A DNA stretch of 64,000 nt from an uncultured virus (IMG/VR IMGVR_UViG_3300034019_000699) (IMGVR_UViG_3300034019_000699); one strand, 5' to 3'; positions 1 to 9,896 are shown, counted from the first letter of the stretch. Translations and numbers: made by a program. The notes: generated from the letters alone by a model not told the origin.

Positions 1-1302
1 GCAGGTTGTGACTATGCTGGAAATCCAAGAGTATGGGGACAAAATTTTAGTTGTAATCTTAATACATTTTCTTCTGGATCAGGACCAACTCAATCACAAA
101 TAAATGCTTACAATGATGCTGTTGCAGCACAGGCTATAGCACAAACAAACTATAACAATAAATTGGCAGTATACAATGACAAACTAAGCGTATACAACTC
201 TGAGAATACAACACTGTCATCAATGAATCAGGTTTTGCAAACCAAGACACAGGAACATCTTGATGCCATTTCAGATACAGAAGATGCTTTAGACTTGAAG
301 AATAGCAGAATAGAAATATATAATCAGTCAATAATTGATTTAAATAATGCTATTGGTGATGCATGGGATTATTATTATGAGCAGGCACAAAGAGAACTTA
401 ATGCTGCTATTGCTCAGGCAGCAGCCAATGCTGCAGCCAATCAGCCTACCCCAGAACCCACACCAGAACCTTCTCCAGAACCAACCGAAGAGCCAACAGA
501 TGAACCAACTCCAGAGCCTTCGCCAGATCCAACTGATGAGCCTACAGATGAACCAACGCCCGAACCTACCTCAGAGCCATCACCAGAGCCTACAGTAGAC
601 CCTACAGAAGAGCCTACACCTGAACCTACCCCAGAAGTTACCCCAGATCCAGAACCAACTGAAGAGCCAGTTGTAGAACCTACTGAAGAACCTACACCAG
701 AACCTTCACCAGAACCTGGACCAGATCCAGAGCCAGAAGATAATCCTTGGACTGAACCAGATGCAGAAATCAAAGATGAAGTATTAGCAGCCCTCATTCC
801 TGAAAAGGGAACTGGAACTTCAGAAGATTTATCTGGAGTTATTGCTAACCTTACAAGCAAGGATAATAAGTTAGTTACTCTTTCCCCTGAACAAATTACA
901 GCAGTAAGTCAAACACTCAAAGCATTGACGCAAGAAGCAAAAGTAGAAGTTGCAGAAGAACTTGGAATTGCTCCATCAGAAGTTGCAAAGATAGCAGAGA
1001 TAATGAAATCAGAACCTGCAGTAGCAGCAGCATTTGTTGAGTTCGCAGAAAGAGCAGGGGATGCAGGAGAAACACCAATGCCATTTACATTAGCAGATGC
1101 AGTAACAGAAGTACAAACAGAAGCATTCTTAGCAGATCCACTTGGAGCGGTATTCGAAGTGGATGTTACAGAACTCCTATCTAATTTCTCTGAGTTAGGT
1201 AGCGATATGACAGACGATCAGAGAGAAAAGGCCCAAGAAGTCATTATCCCAGTAATCATTGTTTCACAGATTGCAAATGTAATGATTGGGATGAGGAGGT
1301 AA
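1..1302 (+). CDS. 5'-truncated large protein with coiled-coil segment, Pro/Glu/Thr-rich (EPTP) linker and hydrophobic C-terminus
   Basis: Frame 1 is open from base 1 to the stop at 1302; EPTPEPS repeats at about 445-740; C-terminus VIIPVIIVSQIANVMIGMRR. Confidence 0.75.
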   Translation, partial: AGCDYAGNPRVWGQNFSCNLNTFSSGSGPTQSQINAYNDAVAAQAIAQTNYNNKLAVYNDKLSVYNSENTTLSSMNQVLQTKTQEHLDAISDTEDALDLKNSRIEIYNQSIIDLNNAIGDAWDYYYEQAQRELNAAIAQAAANAAANQPTPEPTPEPSPEPTEEPTDEPTPEPSPDPTDEPTDEPTPEPTSEPSPEPTVDPTEEPTPEPTPEVTPDPEPTEEPVVEPTEEPTPEPSPEPGPDPEPEDNPWTEPDAEIKDEVLAALIPEKGTGTSEDLSGVIANLTSKDNKLVTLSPEQITAVSQTLKALTQEAKVEVAEELGIAPSEVAKIAEIMKSEPAVAAAFVEFAERAGDAGETPMPFTLADAVTEVQTEAFLADPLGAVFEVDVTELLSNFSELGSDMTDDQREKAQEVIIPVIIVSQIANVMIGMRR

Positions 1303-1303
1303 T

Positions 1304-1510
1304 ATGAAAATAATCAAAAAGGTTGTGAAGGGATTCTTCACATGGCTTAAAGATGCAGGGGTGGAAGTAATTGCACAGGCCTTTACTCTCCTTGGCTTCT
1401 TCATCGCATGGCTAACTTTGACGGGATCAGCAAGAGACATTGTTGGTATTGCAGTACTTGCAACCACAGTGATATGGCTAATTACAATCCCGCTAAGAAA
1501 GGAGGACTAA
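1304..1510 (+). CDS. small two-TM membrane protein
   Basis: AGGAGG SD; two hydrophobic segments. Confidence 0.7.
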   Translation: MKIIKKVVKGFFTWLKDAGVEVIAQAFTLLGFFIAWLTLTGSARDIVGIAVLATTVIWLITIPLRKED

Positions 1511-1511
1511 A

Positions 1512-1724
1512 ATGAAAGATAAATTAATGTGGGTCATAACCCTAGGCATACTTGGCTTTATTGGCTTAGTAGTTCTTGGTGAATATGCCTCAATGCTCTT
1601 ACAGCAATCTTCAACGGGTGAAAAATTTGGAACCAATGAAGATGCTATCGCTTTAGTTCAAAATGCCTTAGTAGGTCTAATTGGAATTATTGGCGGATAT
1701 TTCGCTGGGAAAGGAGATAAATAA
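1512..1724 (+). CDS. small two-TM membrane protein
   Basis: GGAGG SD; two hydrophobic segments; stop overlaps next start. Confidence 0.7.
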   Translation: MKDKLMWVITLGILGFIGLVVLGEYASMLLQQSSTGEKFGTNEDAIALVQNALVGLIGIIGGYFAGKGDK

Positions 1725-2008
1725 TGGCAACTAAAAAGATAGTAGAAGCCCCTAAGAAAGAAAAACCACAAAAGGCTATATCAAATATATTGATGCGTAT
1801 AGTAGCAGTATTTGCTGCTTCAGGTTTATCAGTACTTGGTGCAGGAGCCGTAGTAGGAATTGACACCATACAAGCAGTAATGCTTGCAGGTCTATTAGGC
1901 GTAGCAACAGTCATTGAAAGGCTGGCAAGGGCTTTTTTGGACGATGGAAAACTCACATTGGCAGAGATCAATGATGCGTTTAAAACGGTAGACAAAAAGG
2001 CTAATTAG
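1724..2008 (+). CDS. holin-like membrane protein
   Basis: Two TM helices, charged C-terminus (DDGKLTLAEINDAF); holin function is inference. Confidence 0.55.
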   Translation: MATKKIVEAPKKEKPQKAISNILMRIVAVFAASGLSVLGAGAVVGIDTIQAVMLAGLLGVATVIERLARAFLDDGKLTLAEINDAFKTVDKKAN

Positions 2009-2024
2009 TCATTATTAAGCCTGC

Positions 2025-2054
2025 TTGACAGCCCCTTCAGGTGGATGGTATACT
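2025..2054 (+). promoter_or_regulatory. sigma70/SigA-type promoter
   Basis: TTGACA-N18-TATACT. Confidence 0.65.
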
Positions 2055-2083
2055 TAACTATACCTATCTGGAGGGGCTTTCGC

Positions 2084-2608
2084 ATGACCTGTATTGTTGT
2101 TTTAAAGCATGAAGACAAAGTTTATATGGCTGGAGATCGTGGAGCATCAGATGATGGAACCATTCTAGCACTTCAAGCACCAAAGGTTTGGAAGACTGGT
2201 CCCTATTTAATTGGGTATGCAGGATCAATGGACGGAGAAAGAATTCGTCACAACTTTAAACCAACTGCTCCTACTATTAAAGATACAGATAAATTTATGC
2301 ATACAAGATTTGTTAAAGAACTGCGTGACTTTTACAACGAGTTCTGGGTTGACACATCTAAAGAGGGAGACCTTGGTTTAATCATTGCAGTTCGTGGAGA
2401 ACTATACGAACACAGTTCTGGAGATATGTCTTTATCTAAGTACATGCTTCCTTATCTTGCCATGGGTTCTGGATCAGAGTATGCATATGGGGTTCTATAT
2501 GCAACAGATAAGCAAAAAAATGCAAGGAACAGAGTAATGCAAGCAGTAAATGCTGCTATCAAATTTAACCCATCATGTATGGGCCCAGTTGACATTGTCA
2601 GTGCTTAG
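2084..2608 (+). CDS. Ntn-hydrolase, proteasome beta/HslV-like protease
   Basis: Start revised to MTCIV (N-terminal Thr); AGDR, IGYAGS and AMGSGS motifs. Confidence 0.7.
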   Translation: MTCIVVLKHEDKVYMAGDRGASDDGTILALQAPKVWKTGPYLIGYAGSMDGERIRHNFKPTAPTIKDTDKFMHTRFVKELRDFYNEFWVDTSKEGDLGLIIAVRGELYEHSSGDMSLSKYMLPYLAMGSGSEYAYGVLYATDKQKNARNRVMQAVNAAIKFNPSCMGPVDIVSA

Positions 2609-2623
2609 GGGTATAATTATTAT

Positions 2624-2806
2624 ATGTTAGAAGAAATAGATCACGACGAATTTTCTATTTGGTTAGAAAATGGAATTGAGCGGGGATGGATAACAGAACC
2701 GTTCTGCAACACACACGATGGAGATCCATACATGACTGCTGAGGAACAGCAGGAATGGGAAGATGGCGGAGATCCATGTCAAGTAGTTTTTAAAATAAAA
2801 GAATAA
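2624..2806 (+). CDS. hypothetical acidic protein
   Basis: GGTATAAT 6 nt upstream of ATG (leaderless); CxxHDG motif. Confidence 0.65.
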   Translation: MLEEIDHDEFSIWLENGIERGWITEPFCNTHDGDPYMTAEEQQEWEDGGDPCQVVFKIKE

Positions 2807-2830
2807 ACAAACAACAAACAAGGAGAAAAA

Positions 2831-3703
2831 ATGAAGAAAGCACTACTAGCACTACTATCAGCATTACTTGTAATCACAGTAGTTCAGCCAGCACAGGCAC
2901 AAGATGAAAGAGTATTGGCAATTATTGACACTGCCATCAACTCTAATAACTTCCCTCAAATTATTCATGAGGTTTGCTTTACCACTGTAAAGTCAAAGGT
3001 TGTTTCTCAAAACATGTCTTGCCCTAATGGAGAACTATTTATGGAGGGCAAAGGAGCAGCATCTGCTCCATGGCCAACATCAATTAACAATGCTACCTAC
3101 CATGGTGATTCAATGGTAAAGTCTGCTCTTACCGTTAATCCAAATCTAAAAATTGTTTTCATTAGATTTAATGATGTTACAACACTTGGAAATTCAAGGG
3201 GAGATGCAAGAGCCTTAGCACTAGCATTTGATTGGGTATCAAAAAATGCTGCTAAGTATAGTATTGATGCTCTTTCAGTCAGTCAATCTTCAGTAAGTAC
3301 AGGAAACCTTAAACTATGCACAAGCGATACAGTAACTGTCAATGCAGTAGCATCTTTGACTGCAAATAATATTCCTGTTTTCGTTGCGGTAGGAAATGAT
3401 CGACGCAAAGATGTTGTAGGATTTCCTTCATGTGTTAATGGGGTCATCGGTGTAGGCGCATTAGGCAACGCAACGCAACTAGAAGGATTGACAAACACAG
3501 GTCCTGGACTTGATATGGTTGCTCCTGGTAAGGTTCGTATCACTAAGTACAATGGCTCTCCAACAGATACTGCTGGAAGTTCTGTGGCAACTGCAGTTTC
3601 TGCAGCCTCATATGTAAATCGCAACACCTTTAGCACTTTTGGAGAGTATTTGTCGTCTCTTTCAAAGATTGTAATAGGGTCTGCCTCTTACATTCGTAAT
3701 TAA
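2831..3703 (+). CDS. secreted subtilisin-like (S8) peptidase
   Basis: Signal peptide; IIDT, YHG, VAVGN and AGSSVATA motifs. Confidence 0.75.
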   Translation: MKKALLALLSALLVITVVQPAQAQDERVLAIIDTAINSNNFPQIIHEVCFTTVKSKVVSQNMSCPNGELFMEGKGAASAPWPTSINNATYHGDSMVKSALTVNPNLKIVFIRFNDVTTLGNSRGDARALALAFDWVSKNAAKYSIDALSVSQSSVSTGNLKLCTSDTVTVNAVASLTANNIPVFVAVGNDRRKDVVGFPSCVNGVIGVGALGNATQLEGLTNTGPGLDMVAPGKVRITKYNGSPTDTAGSSVATAVSAASYVNRNTFSTFGEYLSSLSKIVIGSASYIRN

Positions 3704-3708
3704 ATATC

Positions 3709-3735
3709 AGTCCTGGGTATGACTAAAAACTGCCC
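3709..3735 (+). ncRNA. conserved H-type pseudoknot motif, copy 1
   Basis: AGTC-CTGGGTAT-GACT-AAAAAC-TGCCC just after the peptidase stop. Confidence 0.6.
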
Positions 3736-3775
3736 ATGATATAATTATGGTGTCATATCAACAAGGAGGAATATT

Positions 3776-4396
3776 ATGGCAGTAAAAGGTTCAGTAGAAG
3801 CAATCGTTGAGGTTGCAAAGAAAGAAATAGGGACTATTGAAGGTCCTAAAGATAATGAAACAAAGTACGGTGCATGGATTAAGGTTAACTTCCAACCATG
3901 GTGCCAGTCCTTTGTTTCTTGGTGTGCATTTACTGCGGGAGTAAAATCATTCCCTAAGTCTGCATCAACAGTAGCAGCATCAGATTGGTTTAAGAAGGCT
4001 GAGCGTTGGTCAGATGCTCGTAACGATGATCCACAAGCAGGAGACTGGATTTATTTTGATTTCCCAGATGATGGTGTAAATCGTATTTCACATGTTGGTC
4101 TTTGCATTAAGAACAACGGTGATGGAACTATCCAAGTTATTGAAGGAAACACTTCAGGAACTGCAAAGGGAGATCAGCGCAACGGCGGAATGTGCGTAGA
4201 AAAAACTCGTGCATATGTAAAGAACAATAAGAAAAAGTTGATCAATGCTGTAGTTGGTTGGGGTCGTCCAGTTTATACTGGAGAAGAAAATGCTCCACTA
4301 CTAAGTAAAGCAGAAGCAACTACACCTACAAAGCCTGCTAAGAAAGCAGTAAAGAAGTCCGTTGGTGGCGGAGGAAAAGGTCATGTGGCACTATAA
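3776..4396 (+). CDS. CHAP/NlpC-P60 peptidoglycan amidase (endolysin-like)
   Basis: PWCQSFVSWC, SHVGL and IEGNT motifs; Lys-rich tail. Confidence 0.85.
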   Translation: MAVKGSVEAIVEVAKKEIGTIEGPKDNETKYGAWIKVNFQPWCQSFVSWCAFTAGVKSFPKSASTVAASDWFKKAERWSDARNDDPQAGDWIYFDFPDDGVNRISHVGLCIKNNGDGTIQVIEGNTSGTAKGDQRNGGMCVEKTRAYVKNNKKKLINAVVGWGRPVYTGEENAPLLSKAEATTPTKPAKKAVKKSVGGGGKGHVAL

Positions 4397-4614
4397 TGGA
4401 ATCTAAAAAGAAATCAGTACTAAAAACAATCAGTTGGCCATTTGTACATTTTACTTTTGTTGCTGGAATTTTATTTGCAGCAAGCCATATAATTTATGGT
4501 GAGGCTGAATGGGAGTATGTTGGACTATATGCACTTTCATACATGGCATTAGAAATGACATTCTATTACCTACATGAGAGAGTCTGGGCAAAGTTTGGAC
4601 ACAAGGTAAAATAA
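4396..4614 (+). CDS. DUF2061-like small membrane protein
   Basis: KSVLKTISW...YYLHERVW pattern. Confidence 0.7.
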   Translation: MESKKKSVLKTISWPFVHFTFVAGILFAASHIIYGEAEWEYVGLYALSYMALEMTFYYLHERVWAKFGHKVK

Positions 4615-4723
4615 TGCGTATTAAAATTATTAAGTTTGTAGTAAAGGCTTTAGGCTATGAATGGTCTGGAGATGAACTTAAACTGCCTGTTTGGTATGTG
4701 AAGGAAAAGAAAAAGAATAAATA

Positions 4724-5299
4724 ATGAAAATTATTGACAATAAAATTTTTATATTAGAAGATTTTATATCTCCTAATACTGCAAGTTTTATTGTAGAAAA
4801 TTTTTCTAAAGACTTAAAGCCAACACCACACACTGGTATTTATGGAAGTATTAGCAATAACGATGAGAATACACATAAAATTTGTGGCAAAAACAAGGTT
4901 ATAAATTATGATGGAACTAAAGATGTTGCAGTTGATCTACTTATGAGTCTTTTCCCTAGTATAGAAAAAACAATGTCTGAAATTTTTAAAAAAAATATCG
5001 TAATGAAATCCTTTTTTTATAGTCATATGAAATCTGGTGGGAAAAACTCTTTGCATTATGACAACTATGAGGATCAGTATACTAATGATTATTCTGGAAT
5101 ACTATATTTAGCAGACAGTTATACTGGAGGAGCAATAAATTTTCCCAACCAAGACTTAAAATTACATCCAAAGCCAGGAACATTTATATGTTTTCAGGGC
5201 ACGGAAGACATTCAACATGAGGTACAAGAAGTAATAGACGGAGATAGAGTAAATATTATATGTTTTTTTAAGGAAATGGATATATATGCCAGCATATGA
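4724..5299 (+). CDS. 2OG-Fe(II) oxygenase (prolyl-4-hydroxylase-like)
   Basis: LHYD...YLxDxYxGG...HEV...R. Confidence 0.85.
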   Translation: MKIIDNKIFILEDFISPNTASFIVENFSKDLKPTPHTGIYGSISNNDENTHKICGKNKVINYDGTKDVAVDLLMSLFPSIEKTMSEIFKKNIVMKSFFYSHMKSGGKNSLHYDNYEDQYTNDYSGILYLADSYTGGAINFPNQDLKLHPKPGTFICFQGTEDIQHEVQEVIDGDRVNIICFFKEMDIYASI

Positions 5300-5471
5300 G
5301 TATGACTGCATGGCCTGTGCCATGAGGTATACAAAAGTTAGAAGCATGTCAGAAGACGATCCAGGCTATAAATGTGATACTTGCAATAAAGACTTGGTTC
5401 GTGTATACTCAGATATAGGAGTTACATTCAATGGCTCTGGATTTTATAAAACCGACAATCGGAAGGTATAA
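5286..5471 (+). CDS. FmdB-family zinc-ribbon protein
   Basis: MPAYEYDCxxC...CxxC...FNGSGFYKTD. Confidence 0.85.
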   Translation: MPAYEYDCMACAMRYTKVRSMSEDDPGYKCDTCNKDLVRVYSDIGVTFNGSGFYKTDNRKV

Positions 5472-5472
5472 T

Positions 5473-5700
5473 ATGTTTACAATGCTTAAAGATGATGTAA
5501 AACCAGAATGGAAATTATCACCTTTAGATAGATGTGATAGGTGCAACGCAGAAGCCTTGGTTCAAGTAACTGGGCTAAATGGAGAACTATTGTTCTGTGG
5601 GCATCACTACAACAAGGTCATGGACAATGCTGTAGGATATGACAAAATGATGAAGTTTGCTATTACAATACTTGACGAACGAGAAAAGTTGGCGGTATAA
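5473..5700 (+). CDS. small Cys/His zinc-binding protein
   Basis: DRCDRC...LLFCGHH; start revised to ATG 5473. Confidence 0.65.
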   Translation: MFTMLKDDVKPEWKLSPLDRCDRCNAEALVQVTGLNGELLFCGHHYNKVMDNAVGYDKMMKFAITILDEREKLAV

Positions 5701-5702
5701 AA

Positions 5703-6110
5703 ATGTATGAATACTATGTAAGAAAAGTAGAGAACGTAGTAGATGGAGATACCATTGACGTTCTTATTGATTTAGGGTTTGATATTTTGTTTCAATCCCG
5801 TGTGAGATTGGCTGGTATTGATACCCCTGAGTCTCGTACGAAAGACCTAAAAGAAAAAGCACTTGGTCTTGAATCCAAAGAGTATTTAAAGAAGGCTCTA
5901 AAGGATGCTAAGTCTGTTGTAATTAAGACTGAAAAGATGAACTCATCTGAGAAGTATGGTCGCATTTTGGGCTGGCTATATGTTAATGGAGATACAGTGT
6001 CATTAAATGATATGATGATCAACGACGGCTATGCTTGGGGATACCTAGGTGATACTAAGGTAAAGGATTTTGACGCTTTGGTAAAGGCTAGAAAGAAGTC
6101 TGGCAAGTGA
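5703..6110 (+). CDS. thermonuclease (SNase-like)
   Basis: VVDGDTID, VRLAGIDTPE and EKYGRILG motifs. Confidence 0.85.
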   Translation: MYEYYVRKVENVVDGDTIDVLIDLGFDILFQSRVRLAGIDTPESRTKDLKEKALGLESKEYLKKALKDAKSVVIKTEKMNSSEKYGRILGWLYVNGDTVSLNDMMINDGYAWGYLGDTKVKDFDALVKARKKSGK

Positions 6111-6439
6111 GCGATGAAGATAAGATATTTAATAAGTTAATTTTAACTGGTGGACTTAAGTTTGCTGGCAAAGATCCAGATACGGGCGAAAATATGTATG
6201 TTAGAACAGAAATGTTAAAAGACATAGATCCTAATCTTGATCGAGAAATGACTTATTATTTTTCAGAGATAGCAATGAAGTTGTGGGAAAAAGGTTTTAT
6301 TGACATGGACATTACTTCCCCTAACCCAATTGTAAACATAAGCGAAAGGGCTTTTGATATAAACAAAATAAATGCCCTTGATCCTAACGAGAGAACAGCG
6401 CTTAAACAAATTATAAAAGTTCTTTTCGATAAACAATGA
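6107..6439 (+). CDS. hypothetical protein
   Basis: GTGA overlap with upstream stop. Confidence 0.6.
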   Translation: MSDEDKIFNKLILTGGLKFAGKDPDTGENMYVRTEMLKDIDPNLDREMTYYFSEIAMKLWEKGFIDMDITSPNPIVNISERAFDINKINALDPNERTALKQIIKVLFDKQ

Positions 6440-6451
6440 TAGAATTGTAGG

Positions 6452-6880
6452 ATGGATGCGTTTATGAATGGCGCTTTAGGGGCAGGATTGTTAAGTATAG
6501 TCATGCTTTTACTTTTGTCTGTTTATATAGTTAGGTTACGGTTAAACTCAAGGGAACCCCAGATAATTAGCCAAGCAATGCTTCAGCACAGGTTCTCTAG
6601 CGGAAATAGGTATTCAAGAAAATTTAATACGAAGAGTCAGTCTAAAAATCATGAAAAAGAAACAAATGTTAGAGTTATCATCGTAGATGGCCAGGCGTAC
6701 TGGATTAAAGATAACATTTTTTACAATGCCCCACTATTAAATGATATGGTTGATAAAGAGTCTGCACAAAGAGTTGACACAACTAACATGGATAAGGTAC
6801 AATTAGATCAGATGTTGTTCATACTGGACAAACTAAGAGAAGGGATAAGTGATGATAGTAGGGGTTCAAGGGACACCTAG
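6452..6880 (+). CDS. hypothetical protein with N-terminal TM
   Basis: TGATAGAAT upstream; hydrophobic N-terminus. Confidence 0.6.
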   Translation: MDAFMNGALGAGLLSIVMLLLLSVYIVRLRLNSREPQIISQAMLQHRFSSGNRYSRKFNTKSQSKNHEKETNVRVIIVDGQAYWIKDNIFYNAPLLNDMVDKESAQRVDTTNMDKVQLDQMLFILDKLREGISDDSRGSRDT

Positions 6881-7202
6881 TTTCAAAAACTATAATATTT
6901 TTCTTAGAGCAATGGCAGTTGCATTATCTGAATTAAAAGAAAACGAGAAAGATTTTTATTTATATACTGCTGGTCCAGGAAACATTAGTGCAATGGCATC
7001 AGAGTTTGTAAATCTTTCTGAAAGAGGAATGAAGGCTAGAGGAAAGTCTATTAAACTGTTTAGGGTTAGCCCTGAATGGATTGAAGAAAACATAGACAGT
7101 TTTAATCATTTTGCTTTTGTTGCTAATCCAAAAGAGCAAGTTTCTAAAGTAGTTAACTTGTCAAGATCAAAGAACATCAACACAAACGTATACAACTTTT
7201 AA
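6849..7202 (+). CDS. hypothetical protein, possible SLOG-like fold
   Basis: IVGVQGTPSFKNY N-terminus resembles SLOG/YspA families; weak. Confidence 0.5.
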   Translation: MMIVGVQGTPSFKNYNIFLRAMAVALSELKENEKDFYLYTAGPGNISAMASEFVNLSERGMKARGKSIKLFRVSPEWIEENIDSFNHFAFVANPKEQVSKVVNLSRSKNINTNVYNF

Positions 7203-7214
7203 GGAGTACACACA

Positions 7215-7427
7215 ATGATATCAATTAATTCTCTTGAAAAAATGGAAACAATCGTTTCTAAGAACAGCAACTTGTCCTGGGATGGGTGGGATGTTGTAGA
7301 GATGGTAAAGTCAAATAAGGCTTTTACATCAAAGCACGGAGCATTAAAAAATAATGCCTGGCATCTAAAAAAGATTTTTGTCGTTTCTAGAAGTGGATGG
7401 GAAATACCTGACAAGTATGTGAGGTAG
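7215..7427 (+). CDS. hypothetical protein
   Basis: AAGGAG SD; Trp-rich. Confidence 0.65.
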   Translation: MISINSLEKMETIVSKNSNLSWDGWDVVEMVKSNKAFTSKHGALKNNAWHLKKIFVVSRSGWEIPDKYVR

Positions 7428-7428
7428 T

Positions 7429-7710
7429 ATGAATAAGTATAAATGGAAAGACGATGCTGCATGCCTGGATTATGACACAAATGTGTTTTTTGACAAGTAT
7501 GAAGAAGATGAATTGCTAAGGCCTGCCGTAGATCTGTTATGTTCTACATGTCCTGTAAGAAAAGAATGTTTTTCTGTTGGTATTTCAGGAAAAGAATGGG
7601 GAGTTTGGGGCGGGGTATATTTAGAAAATGGAGAAATATCAAAAGAATTTTCTAGCCACAAGACAAAGACTGACTGGGGAACCACATGGCAATCCCTAAC
7701 AATGGAGTAA
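7429..7710 (+). CDS. whiB: WhiB-family Fe-S transcription factor
   Basis: W...AAC...FF...CxxCPVRKEC...WGVWGG. Confidence 0.93.
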   Translation: MNKYKWKDDAACLDYDTNVFFDKYEEDELLRPAVDLLCSTCPVRKECFSVGISGKEWGVWGGVYLENGEISKEFSSHKTKTDWGTTWQSLTME

Positions 7711-7711
7711 T

Positions 7712-7951
7712 ATGTATACAGATCAGATGAGAAGAGCCTTTAGGTCTTTGGACTGTCCAAAAGGATTTTCTTTGGAAGTAATAGATAACGACAGTTTTAT
7801 TACAGTCAAAGCAAAAGAAAAAGTTTTCATGTCTTTAGAAACAGTCGATCTTAAAAGACAGGCTGTAGAATATATGATTCGTGTTAAAAAGGCTTTAGAA
7901 GATAATGGGGCAATAGTCCTTTTAGTTAGAGAGGGTGGTAAAGAAGTATGA
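7712..7951 (+). CDS. hypothetical protein
   Basis: Coupled to whiB; GGAG SD. Confidence 0.65.
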   Translation: MYTDQMRRAFRSLDCPKGFSLEVIDNDSFITVKAKEKVFMSLETVDLKRQAVEYMIRVKKALEDNGAIVLLVREGGKEV

Positions 7952-8358
7952 TTGAATTAGTTTTAATTTTTATTCTGTCTATTCTTACTTCTTTGTTTTT
8001 ATATCTTTATTTAAAACAAATAAAAAATAACAAGGCTATTCTTGCCAATACACTAAAACTATTGCTGCATCAACAACAAGAACACGAAGCCAACAAAACA
8101 GATAAAGAAAAATCTAATGAAGATTTTTTAAAATTTGTTTCAGATTCTCGTGATTGGGCATATCAATACATAGAAGAAGTTCAGGCTGGCCTTAAGTCAT
8201 TTATTAATGAGGTTGGTCCCCAGGTTGAATACTATGATAGATATGGTGCAGCAGTAGATGGTATGGTTGCTCCACATGACTTCGCATTAAAAAAAATATC
8301 TTCAGAATTTAAAAAATTAAAAAACTTACTGCCAGAAGATTATGATAAAATAGTATAA
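7948..8358 (+). CDS. hypothetical membrane-anchored protein
   Basis: N-terminal TM; ATGA overlap. Confidence 0.65.
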   Translation: MIELVLIFILSILTSLFLYLYLKQIKNNKAILANTLKLLLHQQQEHEANKTDKEKSNEDFLKFVSDSRDWAYQYIEEVQAGLKSFINEVGPQVEYYDRYGAAVDGMVAPHDFALKKISSEFKKLKNLLPEDYDKIV

Positions 8359-9233
8359 TGAAATTTTATTATTTTGGTGGTGTGTTTCAAGAAGAAAGTC
8401 CTGAGTCAGCACACAATCTAGAAAAAAGCAATTTTTCTGGCGTGATGTATACTTATGATCCAACACAAGGGGACATGTTTATAAGGGTTGCAAGAGAAAT
8501 GAAACTAAACAAAAAAATAAAATATCTTATTGCAATCAGGCCACACACTATTTCTCCACAATACCTTAATGCAATTAGTCAATCAATGAGCGAAATAATG
8601 GAAAATAGGCTTCAAATAAATATTGTTCCAGGATACATCAAAGATCATGAACAGTCTATTGGTGGAATAGTTGGAAACGTAAATGATTTGTCTACTCCTT
8701 TAGAAAGATCAAAATATACTGTTGATTTTATTGAGTCTCTTGGCAAAATGATAAAAAGTATAGATCATTCTACTAACGCAGAAAACGAACCATTAAAAAA
8801 TAGCCTAGATATTTTTATTTCTACAACAAATAGTTATGTATTAGAAGCAGTAAAAAAGTATAATAACAAAATAATACTTCCATACCACATATATAAAAGA
8901 GGGTTTTGGTCAGATGTTCATAAAGATCCTTCATTAAAAATTCCTATCGATATCAAAGACACTGAAGTAATGATAACCATGACACCTATTATTAGAAAAA
9001 CTGAAGAAGAACTTAAATCATTGCACAACTACTCCTTAAGGCCAGTGTGGAGAAAAGGAGAAGTTCCAAAAGTAATAGATGACACGGAATACTTTACTCA
9101 TGAAAGTTTTGATGAGTTTGTTAATACTCTTGAGCAAGATGGCATAAACCATTTATTAATAAATGCTGTGCCAAGGCAAGAAAGGAATATTATTATTCCA
9201 TTTATCAAACAGTATTTGGATTCTAAACAATGA
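8358..9233 (+). CDS. luciferase-like (LLM) flavin monooxygenase-like protein, divergent
   Basis: IKYLIAIRPHTISPQYL...RLQINIVPG resembles SsuD/LLM N-terminal half. Confidence 0.6.
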   Translation: MKFYYFGGVFQEESPESAHNLEKSNFSGVMYTYDPTQGDMFIRVAREMKLNKKIKYLIAIRPHTISPQYLNAISQSMSEIMENRLQINIVPGYIKDHEQSIGGIVGNVNDLSTPLERSKYTVDFIESLGKMIKSIDHSTNAENEPLKNSLDIFISTTNSYVLEAVKKYNNKIILPYHIYKRGFWSDVHKDPSLKIPIDIKDTEVMITMTPIIRKTEEELKSLHNYSLRPVWRKGEVPKVIDDTEYFTHESFDEFVNTLEQDGINHLLINAVPRQERNIIIPFIKQYLDSKQ

Positions 9234-9391
9234 TAGAATTTAAGTCATACGACCAACTTTCTTTTGAACCATTAGGAACCTGCAGCGTTATTGGCTGCGA
9301 TGTTGATGGAGAAAAATTATTTAGCACTGAAACAAAAATTTTAGATATCTGTTTAAATCATTACACACAACTACAAAAATCGAGGGAATAA

Positions 9392-9577
9392 ATGAAAGAA
9401 ATATTACTATCACTATCAGTAGGGCTTACTTTAGGCATAATTATCCTATCAATAAGCGCAATATCCCCAATTAAGATTCCAATTCCTGCTCCCCCAGTTT
9501 TTGCTGGAGTTGCTGGTATAATTGGACTATGGCTTGCTCAACCAGTTTGGACAGCCATATCGAAGTTCATATCCTAG
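9392..9577 (+). CDS. XapX-domain (DUF1427-like) membrane protein
   Basis: LSLSVG...PIPAPPVFAGVAGIIGLWL. Confidence 0.75.
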   Translation: MKEILLSLSVGLTLGIIILSISAISPIKIPIPAPPVFAGVAGIIGLWLAQPVWTAISKFIS

Positions 9578-9587
9578 GAGGAATAAA

Positions 9588-9896
9588 ATGAATGAACAAA
9601 TTAAAAATGCACTAGCGTCATACGGACGATCAGTACTTGGAGCAGCAACAGCAATGTATGCCTCTGGTGTAACTGATCCACAGACACTAGCATACTCACT
9701 ACTTGGAGCACTTGTGCCCGTAGTATTGAGAGCAGCAAATCCATCTGATCCAGCGTTCGGTAGAATGCCATCAGTAAAAGACGTAGATGTTGCAGTTAAG
9801 AATGCAAAGGTAGTTAAGAAGACTGCCAAGAAGGCTCCAGCAAAGAAGTCAACTCGCAAGAGTGGCGGAGGCGGAACAAGCCATAACGTATTGTAA
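9588..9896 (+). CDS. membrane protein with Lys/Ala-rich tail (holin-like)
   Basis: AGGAGG SD before ATG 9588; ASYGRS...LRAANPSDPAFG. Confidence 0.6.
   Translation: MNEQIKNALASYGRSVLGAATAMYASGVTDPQTLAYSLLGALVPVVLRAANPSDPAFGRMPSVKDVDVAVKNAKVVKKTAKKAPAKKSTRKSGGGGTSHNVL

Noticed and set aside
441..860. Antisense Gly/Ser/Val ORF and similar shadows (42096, 44002, 45133, 55916, 56671)
   Set aside because: Reverse complements of low-complexity or strongly biased coding sequence, with no SD or promoter.
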